Below are positions 9,405 to 21,665 of a stretch of 64,000 bases of DNA, one piece after another. The notes beneath the pieces are model-generated. The model was not told the DNA's origin, did no database searches, and saw only the letters and a list, made by a program, of their open reading frames with translations. This DNA is from an uncultured Acidimicrobiales bacterium. Lineage in GTDB: Bacteria > Actinomycetota > Acidimicrobiia > Acidimicrobiales > UBA10347. Numbering within the stretch: the stretch's first letter is position 1; the number at the start of each line of letters is the position of its first letter. The DNA is taken from NCBI GenBank assembly GCA_937941245.1, contig CALDYC010000067.1, forward strand, positions 1,184 through 65,183. The letters run 5' to 3'. Both the position numbers and the translations under genes were made by a program.

Positions 9405-10329
9405 CCCTGCCGCTGCCCCACCAGAGCCGTCGGAAGACAACGCCGATGAGGGCATTGCGTGGAGGGCGTTCTTTGATGAAGCTCGCGATCGGCTCACCGC
9501 CGCTGGATGCGAGTTCGCAGAGATCGACGCACGACGCATCGTGGAAGAAGCTGCCGGTATCGAACCGCATGAGTTCGCTGCGACCCTCGAAGTCCCAGCC
9601 CTCAAGAGGGGTGTGGCTCACTTTGACGCCATGCTCGTGCGCCGTCTGGGTGGGGAACCGCTGCAGTACGTGCTCGGTCGATGGGCCTTTCGTTCGCTTG
9701 ACCTCGCTGTCGACGCTCGGGTGCTGATCCCACGCCCCGAGACTGAAATCGTTGCCGGCCTTGTGCTCGATGAGCTGCGTCGCCTCGACGATCAGGTGGG
9801 TGGACGACAACTTCTCGCTGCCGACCTCGGAACCGGAAGCGGATGCATTGGGTTGTCGCTCGTCGCCGAGTTTGTGAACGTGCACGTGATTTGTACCGAC
9901 CAATCTGACGGTGCGCTCTCAATGGCGAGGGCGAATGCCGTCGGGCTGGGACGGCCGGCGTCGCGTGTCGAGATGCGCGCCGGAAGCTGGTTCGACGCGC
10001 TCGACCTTGATCAGCGAGCCATGTTTGACGTGATCGTGTCGAATCCGCCGTACATCGGCATTGGCGAGGTGCTTCCGGCAGTTGTGGCCGATTGGGAACC
10101 AGTGTCGGCGCTTCGTTCGGGCGACACCGGCTTCGATGCTGCCGCTGAAATTATCAACGGAGCGCCGTCGTGGCTCCGTCCACATGGCGTGCTGGTGCTT
10201 GAACTCGGCGAGACCCAGCTTGACCGAGCTCGGCAGGCCGCGTTGGCAGCCGGATTTGTCGATGTTGAAGTGCACCAGGATTTCGCTGACCGAGACCGGG
10301 CGCTCGTAGCCCGGCTCAGCCCAAGCTGA
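9397..10329 (+). CDS. prmC: Release factor glutamine methyltransferase
   Basis: GEPLQYVLG, VLIPRPETE, DLGTGSGCIG, IVSNPPYI; follows prfA. Confidence 0.95.
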   Translation: MTDPAAAPPEPSEDNADEGIAWRAFFDEARDRLTAAGCEFAEIDARRIVEEAAGIEPHEFAATLEVPALKRGVAHFDAMLVRRLGGEPLQYVLGRWAFRSLDLAVDARVLIPRPETEIVAGLVLDELRRLDDQVGGRQLLAADLGTGSGCIGLSLVAEFVNVHVICTDQSDGALSMARANAVGLGRPASRVEMRAGSWFDALDLDQRAMFDVIVSNPPYIGIGEVLPAVVADWEPVSALRSGDTGFDAAAEIINGAPSWLRPHGVLVLELGETQLDRARQAALAAGFVDVEVHQDFADRDRALVARLSPS

Positions 10330-10332
10330 ACC

Positions 10333-10965
10333 ATGGATGTTGTTGGCCCTGACGACGCAGGGATACAAGCCGCCGCATCGGCACTGCGCAAAGGCAAGCC
10401 GGTCGTGATCCCGACCGACACGGTCTACGGGCTTGCGGCCTTGGCGAGCGACGCAGCGGCTGTCGATCGACTGTTTGAACTCAAACAACGTCCAGCTGAC
10501 CGGTCAATCGCGGTGCTGGTGGCTCATCGAAAGCAGGCCGAGACGATCGCGGTCTTCGCTGCCGCTGAGCGCCGAATCGTCGAGCAGCTTTGGCCGGGCG
10601 CGCTGACGCTCGTTGTGCGCCGCCGCGACGATGCGCCGTCCCACATTGGTCGCGTCGATGGGACGGTCGGTGTACGTAGCCCTGGTCTCGCGGTCGTGCG
10701 TGCCCTTGCCGAGCAGGTCGGGCCGCTGGCGACGACAAGCGCCAACCGAAGCGGTTGTGAGACTCCGGCCGAAGCCGTCGCTGCCGCCGCTGATCTGGCC
10801 GGACCAGTCGCGGTGGTCATCGATGCCGGGCGGTGTGTGGGCACCCCATCGACCGTTGCGAGGGTTGACGATCATGGCATCATTGCCGTTCTTCGTGAGG
10901 GCAGTGTTGAACATGGGGCAATCAGCGCTGCCGCGATGGGTGGAATCTCCTCGACATGGGACTGA
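10333..10965 (+). CDS. tsaC: L-threonylcarbamoyladenylate synthase (TsaC/YrdC domain)
   Basis: IPTDTVYGL, KQRP, WPGALTLV, TTSANRSG, PSTV. Confidence 0.92.
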   Translation: MDVVGPDDAGIQAAASALRKGKPVVIPTDTVYGLAALASDAAAVDRLFELKQRPADRSIAVLVAHRKQAETIAVFAAAERRIVEQLWPGALTLVVRRRDDAPSHIGRVDGTVGVRSPGLAVVRALAEQVGPLATTSANRSGCETPAEAVAAAADLAGPVAVVIDAGRCVGTPSTVARVDDHGIIAVLREGSVEHGAISAAAMGGISSTWD

Positions 10966-11007
10966 ATCCGGCTAAATCTCAGTGCGAGAGTGGCGGCGCG
11001 AGGGACT

Positions 11008-11025
11008 TTGTGTATATATTCACGA
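11008..11025. promoter_or_regulatory. Rex-type operator upstream of atp operon
   Basis: TTGTGTA-TATA-TTCACGA vs consensus TTGTGAA-N4-TTCACAA (12/14); palindrome extends to GACTT...AAGTC (11004-11029). Confidence 0.75.
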
Positions 11026-11111
11026 AGTCGCAGGCGAGCGTGGTAGGGCTCTCGCAGCTCCACTCGAGTGGTGCCTGGACTGACTGTCGTAACCAGCCGT
11101 ACGAGGATCCC

Positions 11112-11396
11112 GTGCCAGCGCCTTCTGAGCGAGACATGAACCGCGAGATCGTGAGTTCTGAGATGGTTGGCGCCCTGCACAGCAGCACCGGTGCCTACGA
11201 ACTCGTCATTGGCGCACTCGCCGCCGCACTCGTGGGCTGGGCTGTCGACACGGTTGTCGGAACAACCCCGTTGTTTGTCCTTCTCTTCGCTGTCATCGGA
11301 TTCGTCGGTGCCAGTTACAGCATCTGGTTGAACTATCGCACTGATATGGCCGAAGCCGCCGCCGACCGCGCCGTCCGCGCCAAGGGCGCGCGATGA
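11112..11396 (+). CDS. AtpZ/AtpI-family small membrane protein
   Basis: Two TM helices, GWAVD..GTTPLFVL; GTG after GAGGA; first gene of atp cluster. Confidence 0.8.
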   Translation: MPAPSERDMNREIVSSEMVGALHSSTGAYELVIGALAAALVGWAVDTVVGTTPLFVLLFAVIGFVGASYSIWLNYRTDMAEAAADRAVRAKGAR

Positions 11397-11889
11397 CGGT
11401 CGACGTCAACCGCGAAAACCCGCTACTCAGCCGGTTCGAAGGCCGCTCGCCTGCCATGCAGGTCGGTATCGATATCGTTAAGCGGGGCGCAATCATCGCC
11501 CCGGTCGCCATCCTCGTCGGCACACTTATCTGGGGTACCGATGGTGGTGCCTCGGTGGCACTCGGTCTTGGCTTGATCCTGGTCAACATGTGGTTGTCGG
11601 CGTGGATCATTGATGTGACCGCACGCATCTCGTTTGCCGCACTCGCTGGCGGTGCAATGTTTGGCTTCTTGATTCGGCTCAGCATTATCAGCGCCGTTGT
11701 CATCTCGGTACGCAACGTCTCATGGGTTGACCTTGTCGCCCTGGGTATCACGATCATCGTGACCCACCTCGGACTGCTCTTCTGGGAGCTCCGCTATATC
11801 TCTGCGAGCCTCGCGTATCCCGGCCTCAAGCCGGGGGCAGGCCTTGCATCAAATGATCACTCCACCTCTCCGAAGGAGTCAGTCTCATC

Positions 11890-11893
<4 letters not shown>
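11393..11893 (+). CDS. atpI: ATP synthase subunit I-like membrane protein
   Basis: About four TM helices; immediately precedes atpB. Confidence 0.75.
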
Positions 11894-13045
<1,152 letters not shown>

Positions 13046-13093
13046 TCCGTCCTCCGGGACACCGGACAACACGATGCATCGAGGAGGTGTTTT

Positions 13094-13660
13094 GTGACGT
13101 TACCCATCGAGCCCCTCGTCGGGCTGATGCTGTTCGCTGAAGAAGCGGCCGAAGACGAAGGCACATTCAACCCAATCCTGCCGACGCTGCCAGAGATGAT
13201 CTGGTCAGGTTTGGCGTTCTTTGGACTTTGGGCACTGATGAAGTTTGTGCTTCTGCCGCCGATCATGGAAGGGCGCGACCAACGTCGAGCCAAGGTCGCA
13301 GCCGGACTGGACTCCGTCTCCGGTTCCCAGTCTGAGCTTGCACAGATTCGTGCGGCCCACGATGAACGTCTGAACACCGCTCGAGCCGAAGCAGCTCGTA
13401 TCACCGACGCAGCGCGTGCCGAGGCCGAGGCGCAGCGAGCCCAAGCGGTCGCGGCGGTCGACGAGCAGATCGCCAAGCTCCGCAACGGCACCCAGGCCGA
13501 GATCGACACCGCACGTGCGGGCGCTCTTGCCGGCGCCCGCGGCCCGGTGTCCGCCCTCGCAGTTGGCGCCGCAAGCAAAGTCATTGGTTGTGACCTCGAC
13601 GTATCGTCGAACCAGTCCGTTATCGATGCATTTCTGAATTCGGCCGGAGGCACAGCATGA
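13094..13660 (+). CDS. atpF: ATP synthase Fo subunit b/b' (first copy)
   Basis: N-terminal TM (EMIWSGLAFFGLWALM..LPPI) plus Ala-rich coiled coil; GGAGG RBS. Confidence 0.88.
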   Translation: MTLPIEPLVGLMLFAEEAAEDEGTFNPILPTLPEMIWSGLAFFGLWALMKFVLLPPIMEGRDQRRAKVAAGLDSVSGSQSELAQIRAAHDERLNTARAEAARITDAARAEAEAQRAQAVAAVDEQIAKLRNGTQAEIDTARAGALAGARGPVSALAVGAASKVIGCDLDVSSNQSVIDAFLNSAGGTA

Positions 13661-14193
13661 TTGCAACCGTGAGTGTGATCGCAGCCGAGGGCCCTAACGG
13701 GCGGTTCTTCCCCGGTGACATCTACGAATTCTGGTGGGGTCTGCTCGCATTCCTCGTCGTCTTCGGTCTGCTGGCATGGAAGGTTCTCCCCCTTGCCAAG
13801 GAAGCCCTGAACAAGGGTCAGGCTGATGCTGTCGCCGAAGGTGCGGCAGCAGAAAAGGCACAGGCCGACGCAGCCGCCAAGGTCGCAGCGCTCAAAGCCG
13901 AGCTCGGCGACGCCGATGCCGTCGCCGCGCAGATCGTCGCCGATGCCGAAACGAACGCGCAACAGCTTCGGATCGATTCGGCAAACCGCACTCAGCAACT
14001 GGTGAACGACATGTGGGCCAAAGCCCAGTCCGACTCTGAGTCGATGAAGGTTCAGGCCCAGTCAGACGTGCAAGCCGAAGTTGCCGCACAGGCCGTTGGC
14101 GCCGCCGAACAGGTGGTCCGTTCAAGCCTGGACAGTGCTCGTCACGGCGACCTGATCGACGATTACATCTCCAAACTGGGAGCATCATCATGA
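13657..14193 (+). CDS. atpF: ATP synthase Fo subunit b/b' (second copy)
   Basis: TM EFWWGLLAFLVVFGLLAWKVLP, coiled coil, C-terminal LIDDYISKL. Confidence 0.88.
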   Translation: MIATVSVIAAEGPNGRFFPGDIYEFWWGLLAFLVVFGLLAWKVLPLAKEALNKGQADAVAEGAAAEKAQADAAAKVAALKAELGDADAVAAQIVADAETNAQQLRIDSANRTQQLVNDMWAKAQSDSESMKVQAQSDVQAEVAAQAVGAAEQVVRSSLDSARHGDLIDDYISKLGASS

Positions 14194-14714
14194 GCGATCG
14201 CGTTCAAGGCTACGCCGACGCCATGTTGGCTGTCGCTCACGCCGAAGGCGATATCGACGCCATTAGCAACGAATTGTTTGCCGTTGGACGCGCTGTCGAT
14301 ACCAACGACGAGCTTCGGTCCACGCTCAGCGATGCACGCATTCCCGCAGAGCGCCGCATGCAGATCATGGATGACCTGCTTGACGGTCGCACCCGACCGG
14401 CCACGAAGGGCCTGGTGTCAATGGTCGTTGGCGCCGGTCGCGGGGCCGACCTCGGCAAAATCGCTACCGCACTCGCTGACAAGGCTGCCACGTCGCAGTC
14501 CAAGCAGGTTGCGACGGTCCGATCGGCCGTTGCTCTCTCAGATGATCAGCGCACCCGCCTTGCGTCGGCGCTCGCCGCCAAGCTCGGCACTGAAGTTGAC
14601 CTCAAGGTCATTCACGATGAGTCCGTTGTCGGTGGTCTGATTACCACCGTCGGCGACACCGTTATCGATGGAAGCGTGCGTACCCGGCTTAGCCGGTTGC
14701 GTGAGTCGCTCTAG
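14190..14714 (+). CDS. atpH: ATP synthase F1 subunit delta
   Basis: [36 protein letters not shown]. Confidence 0.95.
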   Translation: MSDRVQGYADAMLAVAHAEGDIDAISNELFAVGRAVDTNDELRSTLSDARIPAERRMQIMDDLLDGRTRPATKGLVSMVVGAGRGADLGKIATALADKAATSQSKQVATVRSAVALSDDQRTRLASALAAKLGTEVDLKVIHDESVVGGLITTVGDTVIDGSVRTRLSRLRESL

Positions 14715-14728
14715 CCCCAGGAGACGAC

Positions 14729-16357
14729 ATGTCTGAAATGACGATCGACACCAGCGCAATCACCGCTGCGATCAGCAACAACCTTGATGGCTTCGAGCCA
14801 TCACTCGAAGCAAGCCAAGTCGGCCACATCATTGAGGTCGGCGACGGTATTGCGAGAGTTTCGGGACTACCCGCCGCGGCTGTCAACGAAATGCTCGAGT
14901 TCGAGAACGGCAGTATTGGCCTGGCGCTGAACCTCGATGAGGGCAGCATCGGCGCTGTGGTGCTCGGCGAAGTCGACGAGATCCAAGAAGGCCAGACCGT
15001 CCGCTCAACTGGCGACATTTTGTCGATGCCAGTTGGCGACGCGCTGCTCGGTCGCGTGGTCAATGCACTTGGAACACCGATTGACGGTAAAGGTCCACTT
15101 GTTGGAGCCAAGACCCGTCAGATGGAAGTGCAGGCTCCGGGCATCATGGGCCGCAAGCCGGTGCACGAGCCAATGCAGACTGGCATCAAAGCCATCGACT
15201 CACTTATCCCCGTCGGCCGCGGCCAGCGAGAGCTGATCATCGGCGACCGCAAGACCGGCAAGACGACGATCGCGCTCGACACGATCATCAACCAGCGCGG
15301 CCTCGGCGTGAAGTGCATTTACGTCGCGATTGGCCAAAAGGCCTCGACTGTCGCCCAGGCTGTAGCGACGCTCGAAGAAATCGGCGCCATGGAATACACC
15401 GTCGTGGTGGTTGCTCCAGCATCGGATCCTGCACCCTTCAAATACCTTGCTCCGTACGCAGGCTCGGCCATCGGGCAGCAGTGGATGGACGACGGCGATC
15501 ACGCCCTCGTCGTCTACGACGACCTGTCCAAGCAGGCCGAGGCGTACCGCCAGATGTCGCTTCTGCTGCGTCGCCCGCCAGGTCGCGAGGCCTATCCCGG
15601 CGACGTCTTCTACCTGCATAGCCGTCTGCTCGAACGTGCGGCCAAGCTCAGCGACGAGCTGGGCGCCGGATCACTAACCGCCTTGCCGATCATCGAGACC
15701 AAAGCTGGCGACGTGTCGGCCTTTATCCCGACCAACGTGATTTCGATCACCGATGGCCAGATCTTCCTGCAGGACGACATGTTCAAGTCGGGTATCCGCC
15801 CGGCGGTCGACGTTGGCGTGTCGGTGTCCCGTGTGGGTTCGGCTGCGCAGATCAAGGCAATGAAAACTGCCGTGGGCACGCTCAAGTCAGATCTGCAGCA
15901 GTTCCGTGAACTCGAAGCATTTGCTTCGTTTGGTTCGGACCTCGACGCGGTGTCACAAGCACAACTTGATCGCGGCTATCGGCTCACCGAACTGCTCAAG
16001 CAGGGCATCAACTCGCCCATGCCGGTGCAGGAACAGGTCGTATCGATCTTCGCTGGCACTCGAGGACACCTTGACGCCGTTGATGTGTCTGAAGTCGGCC
16101 GGTTTGAGACCGAGCTTCTCGAACATGTCCGCAGCCGTCACTCCAGCATGCTCGACGACATCGTTTCGACGGGCAACGTCGACGTTGATGCGCTCGAAAG
16201 TATCGTCGCCGGGTTCGCTGGTCAGTTCGAGTCGGCCATCGTGTCGACCGGCATCGACACCCCCGAGGCCGCAGCACAGGCCGCAGCAACGACTGCCATG
16301 GTCGACAGCGATGTCACACTCCCCGAGACCGACATCGCTCGTCCGCAGGAGGGCTGA
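14729..16357 (+). CDS. atpA: ATP synthase F1 subunit alpha
   Basis: [40 protein letters not shown]. Confidence 0.99.
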   Translation: MSEMTIDTSAITAAISNNLDGFEPSLEASQVGHIIEVGDGIARVSGLPAAAVNEMLEFENGSIGLALNLDEGSIGAVVLGEVDEIQEGQTVRSTGDILSMPVGDALLGRVVNALGTPIDGKGPLVGAKTRQMEVQAPGIMGRKPVHEPMQTGIKAIDSLIPVGRGQRELIIGDRKTGKTTIALDTIINQRGLGVKCIYVAIGQKASTVAQAVATLEEIGAMEYTVVVVAPASDPAPFKYLAPYAGSAIGQQWMDDGDHALVVYDDLSKQAEAYRQMSLLLRRPPGREAYPGDVFYLHSRLLERAAKLSDELGAGSLTALPIIETKAGDVSAFIPTNVISITDGQIFLQDDMFKSGIRPAVDVGVSVSRVGSAAQIKAMKTAVGTLKSDLQQFRELEAFASFGSDLDAVSQAQLDRGYRLTELLKQGINSPMPVQEQVVSIFAGTRGHLDAVDVSEVGRFETELLEHVRSRHSSMLDDIVSTGNVDVDALESIVAGFAGQFESAIVSTGIDTPEAAAQAAATTAMVDSDVTLPETDIARPQEG

Positions 16358-16360
16358 GCC

Positions 16361-18786
<2,426 letters not shown>

Positions 18787-18798
18787 TCGGAGCGCCCG

Positions 18799-19194
18799 GT
18801 GTCCATTCACGTTGAGTTTGTCTCACCCGAACGCGTCATCTTCGAGGCCGAGGCCAAAGAGGTCATCGTTCGCACAAGCGACGGCGAGATCGGCTTTTTG
18901 CCAGGTCACGTCCCGTTCGTGGGAGTTCTCGCGGTTGCTGAAGCACGCATTCACGATGCTGACGGGTCAACGATCCACAGCTTCGCAGTGCACCGGGGTT
19001 TCGTCGAGATTGCCGATGATCACTGCACGATCTTGAGCGATGTGGCCGAAGCGGCCGCTGACATCGATCGAGCGCGCGCCGAGATTGCTCAGAGCAGGGC
19101 CGAAGAAGCGCTTCGGGCATCGCGCGACGATGCCGACGCCATCGCTGCATTGCAGCGAGCCAACGTTCGCCTCGAGGTCGCCAAAAAGGCCTGA
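18799..19194 (+). CDS. atpC: ATP synthase F1 subunit epsilon
   Basis: VEFVSPER, GEIGFLPGH, GFVEI, IDRARA. Confidence 0.96.
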   Translation: MSIHVEFVSPERVIFEAEAKEVIVRTSDGEIGFLPGHVPFVGVLAVAEARIHDADGSTIHSFAVHRGFVEIADDHCTILSDVAEAAADIDRARAEIAQSRAEEALRASRDDADAIAALQRANVRLEVAKKA

Positions 19195-19243
19195 CAGTCT
19201 GGCTAGGGCCACAGTGATGCCGTGACGTTTCAATACACAGTCG

Positions 19244-19283
19244 CAACAACCGCTGGGTTCCGCCGGCGGTTGTTGTTGTTTTC
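19244..19283 (+). terminator. Intrinsic terminator of atp operon
   Basis: CAACAACCGCTGG..CCGGCGGTTGTTG stem followed by T-rich TTGTTTT, between convergent atpC and ppk2. Confidence 0.7.
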
Positions 19284-19356
19284 GGGTCTGATTGCTTTGA
19301 TCGATGGCGTTGGCGGAGAGCGCGATTGAGCGGGACCCCAATGAGGTTTGGGGTCC

Positions 19357-20187
19357 TCAGACGATTTCGATGTCCTCAAGTCCGTCCTCGGCGGTCGGGA
19401 ACGCCATTGCCAGACCATCGAGAGTGTCGACTGCAATGCGTGATACCAAAAGGTTTCGGAACCACTTGCGGTCAGCTGGTACGACGTACCACGGAGCGTT
19501 GTCGGTGCTGGTCTCCTCGAGCATGGTCGTGAACGCCTGCTGGTAGCTGTCCCAGTGTTCGCGCTCGGCAAGGTCGCCGGTCGAGAATTTCCAGTTCTTC
19601 TCGCTGTCATCGAGGCGAGCCTGGAAGCGTTCCCGTTGTTCATCCTTCGAAATGTGTAAGAACAGTTTGACGATGGTGGTGCCTTCGTCTGAAAGCATGT
19701 TCTCAAACTCGCGGATGTGGCGATAGCGGCGTTGCCACTGGTCCGCGGGCACATAGTTGTGGACCCGCACGACCAGCACGTCCTCGTAGTGGCTGCGATT
19801 GAAGATCACCATCTCGCCAGTTGACGGTGCATGAGCATGAACCCGCCAGAGATAGTCATGGGCCAGCTCAACCGGGTTTGGTTTCTTGAACGAAGCCACT
19901 CGCACCCCCTGCGGGTTCACGCCGTCGAAAACATGCCGGATAGTGCCGTCCTTACCGGCAGCGTCGGTTGCCTGGAGCACGACAAGCACCTTGTGACGGT
20001 CTTCGGCCCACAGCAGTTCCTGAGCTGCTTCGAGCCGTTGGTTCAAGGTCGCCGTGGCTTCGCGGCCGACCGACTTGTTGAGACCCTCGTTCTCGTCCGT
20101 TTTCCAGGTCGATAGATCAACCGCGTCGCCGGGCCGAACCCGATAGCGGTCGGTGTCGAAAGTGAAAGCATGTTCGATCGAAGCCAT
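19357..20187 (-). CDS. ppk2: Polyphosphate kinase 2 family protein (class III-like)
   Basis: LQATDAAGKDGTI, HDYLWR, FNRSHYEDVL, KNWKFS..DL.ER, APWYVVPADRKW. Confidence 0.93.
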   Translation of the reverse strand: MASIEHAFTFDTDRYRVRPGDAVDLSTWKTDENEGLNKSVGREATATLNQRLEAAQELLWAEDRHKVLVVLQATDAAGKDGTIRHVFDGVNPQGVRVASFKKPNPVELAHDYLWRVHAHAPSTGEMVIFNRSHYEDVLVVRVHNYVPADQWQRRYRHIREFENMLSDEGTTIVKLFLHISKDEQRERFQARLDDSEKNWKFSTGDLAEREHWDSYQQAFTTMLEETSTDNAPWYVVPADRKWFRNLLVSRIAVDTLDGLAMAFPTAEDGLEDIEIV

Positions 20188-20296
20188 GCATGCAGTCTCG
20201 CACCGATGGGTTCGCACAGCGACCACAAAGCGGTTCACGCATATCTGTGGAGATCTTGACCCGTTCTTGTGTGCCAGCTCACCTACGATCAAGGAC

Positions 20297-21655
20297 ATGT
20301 CCACAGGAGTACGCGACTCGGTCGCGGCCGGGTCGCTCTACCCCGAAGACTCGTCGGTTCTTCGTAGCGAGATCGACAATGCGATCAACTCAGCCGACGC
20401 CGACTTCGTCGGCCCAAAGGTGTTGGTACTTCCAAGTTGTGGACTGAGCGCTGCAGCCGATGTCGCCGCAACCGGACTGGTCATGCTCGAGAGTGAACGT
20501 GGGGTGATCGAACGTGTCATCGTCGTCGGGGATCACAGTCCCGGCGTAGGCGAACGGCCGTTCTCGGGCATTGCCATGCCGCAAGCGATCGCGTTTCGAA
20601 CCCCTCTTGGTGACCTGCTCGTCGACCGTGAGTCGATCGATTCCGCTGCATCGCACCCATCGGTTCACGTGTCTGACCGTCCGTTTCGCAACGACACCTC
20701 GATCGAAGTGCACCTGCCCCCGATTCAGCGACTGCTCGGTTCGGTGCGCGTGGTGCCCGTGCTCGTTGGCGACGTTGCGGTTACTGATTTGGTTGACGTC
20801 TTCGAACATCTGTGGGGTGACCGCAGCACGCTGATTATCGTCACAACTTCGTTCGGACACGGGACCGACATCGATCAAGCTGCAGCGCAGGGTGAACGAG
20901 CTCGCGATGTGCTCGAAAAGAATGACCGCAGTGCGCTTGAGCAGTCCTCAGCTAGCTCCCGGCTGTCTCTTGCCGCGCTGGGAGCAGTCATTGCCCGGCG
21001 GTCGATGGGGCTGCTTGAACTAGCTTCCGACACGGTTAGCGACCCATTTACCGGAACCGGAGCGCTCGATGTGGGTGCCTTCGCTGCCTGGGAGTCGACC
21101 GGTATTGACCTCGATGAAGCGGATCGAGAGCATCTGCGAGCGCTCGTCGGGCAAACGGTTGCGTTGACGGTGTTGGGTGGACGGGTTAGCGGTGCCGACC
21201 TGGCACGGGTGCCGCCGGCGCTTACCGCTCGCCGAGCGACTGTCGTCACTCTCCGTCACGCAGGCAAAGTGCGGGGTTCGGCTGGAACGATCGAAGCCGA
21301 TCGCTCGTTTGCTGGTTCGGTCGTGCGAAACGCTGCGGCTGCGTGTGCTGATCCACGACTGCCATCGATTCAACCCGCAGAGCTGTCAGACCTCCGGGCT
21401 ACCGTCACGGTAATCTCGCCGATTGAGCGGATCTTCCCGCATTCGTGGGATGACCTCATTGCATCGGTGACCCCCAATGTCGATGGGCTACTGGTGACGC
21501 AGCCGGGGTCGCGAGCGGCGCAGCTCCCGGCAATGTGGTCTCGGTTCAGTTCGACGAGTGAGTTCGTGGGTGCAGTGGCTCGCAAGGCCCGCCTCGATAG
21601 CGGCTCGAAGGTCTCGCAAGCCGCGTGGTATCGCTTTCAGTCTGTCGACTACTGA
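20297..21655 (+). CDS. Fused Memo-like (AmmeMemoRadiSam B) plus AMMECR1 (AmmeMemoRadiSam A) protein, degenerate motifs
   Basis: VRDSVAAGSLYP, FRTPLG, SIEVHLPPIQ, VPVLVG; C-terminal VVTL..GKVRGSAG, DPRL, AQLPAMW. Confidence 0.8.
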   Translation: MSTGVRDSVAAGSLYPEDSSVLRSEIDNAINSADADFVGPKVLVLPSCGLSAAADVAATGLVMLESERGVIERVIVVGDHSPGVGERPFSGIAMPQAIAFRTPLGDLLVDRESIDSAASHPSVHVSDRPFRNDTSIEVHLPPIQRLLGSVRVVPVLVGDVAVTDLVDVFEHLWGDRSTLIIVTTSFGHGTDIDQAAAQGERARDVLEKNDRSALEQSSASSRLSLAALGAVIARRSMGLLELASDTVSDPFTGTGALDVGAFAAWESTGIDLDEADREHLRALVGQTVALTVLGGRVSGADLARVPPALTARRATVVTLRHAGKVRGSAGTIEADRSFAGSVVRNAAAACADPRLPSIQPAELSDLRATVTVISPIERIFPHSWDDLIASVTPNVDGLLVTQPGSRAAQLPAMWSRFSSTSEFVGAVARKARLDSGSKVSQAAWYRFQSVDY

Positions 21656-21665
21656 TTTCAATTCG

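Noticed and set aside
20168-20178. LexA box-like sequence near the ppk2 start (..GCATGTTCGA)
   Set aside because: Only the right half matches CGAAC-N4-GTTCG, and it lies within coding sequence
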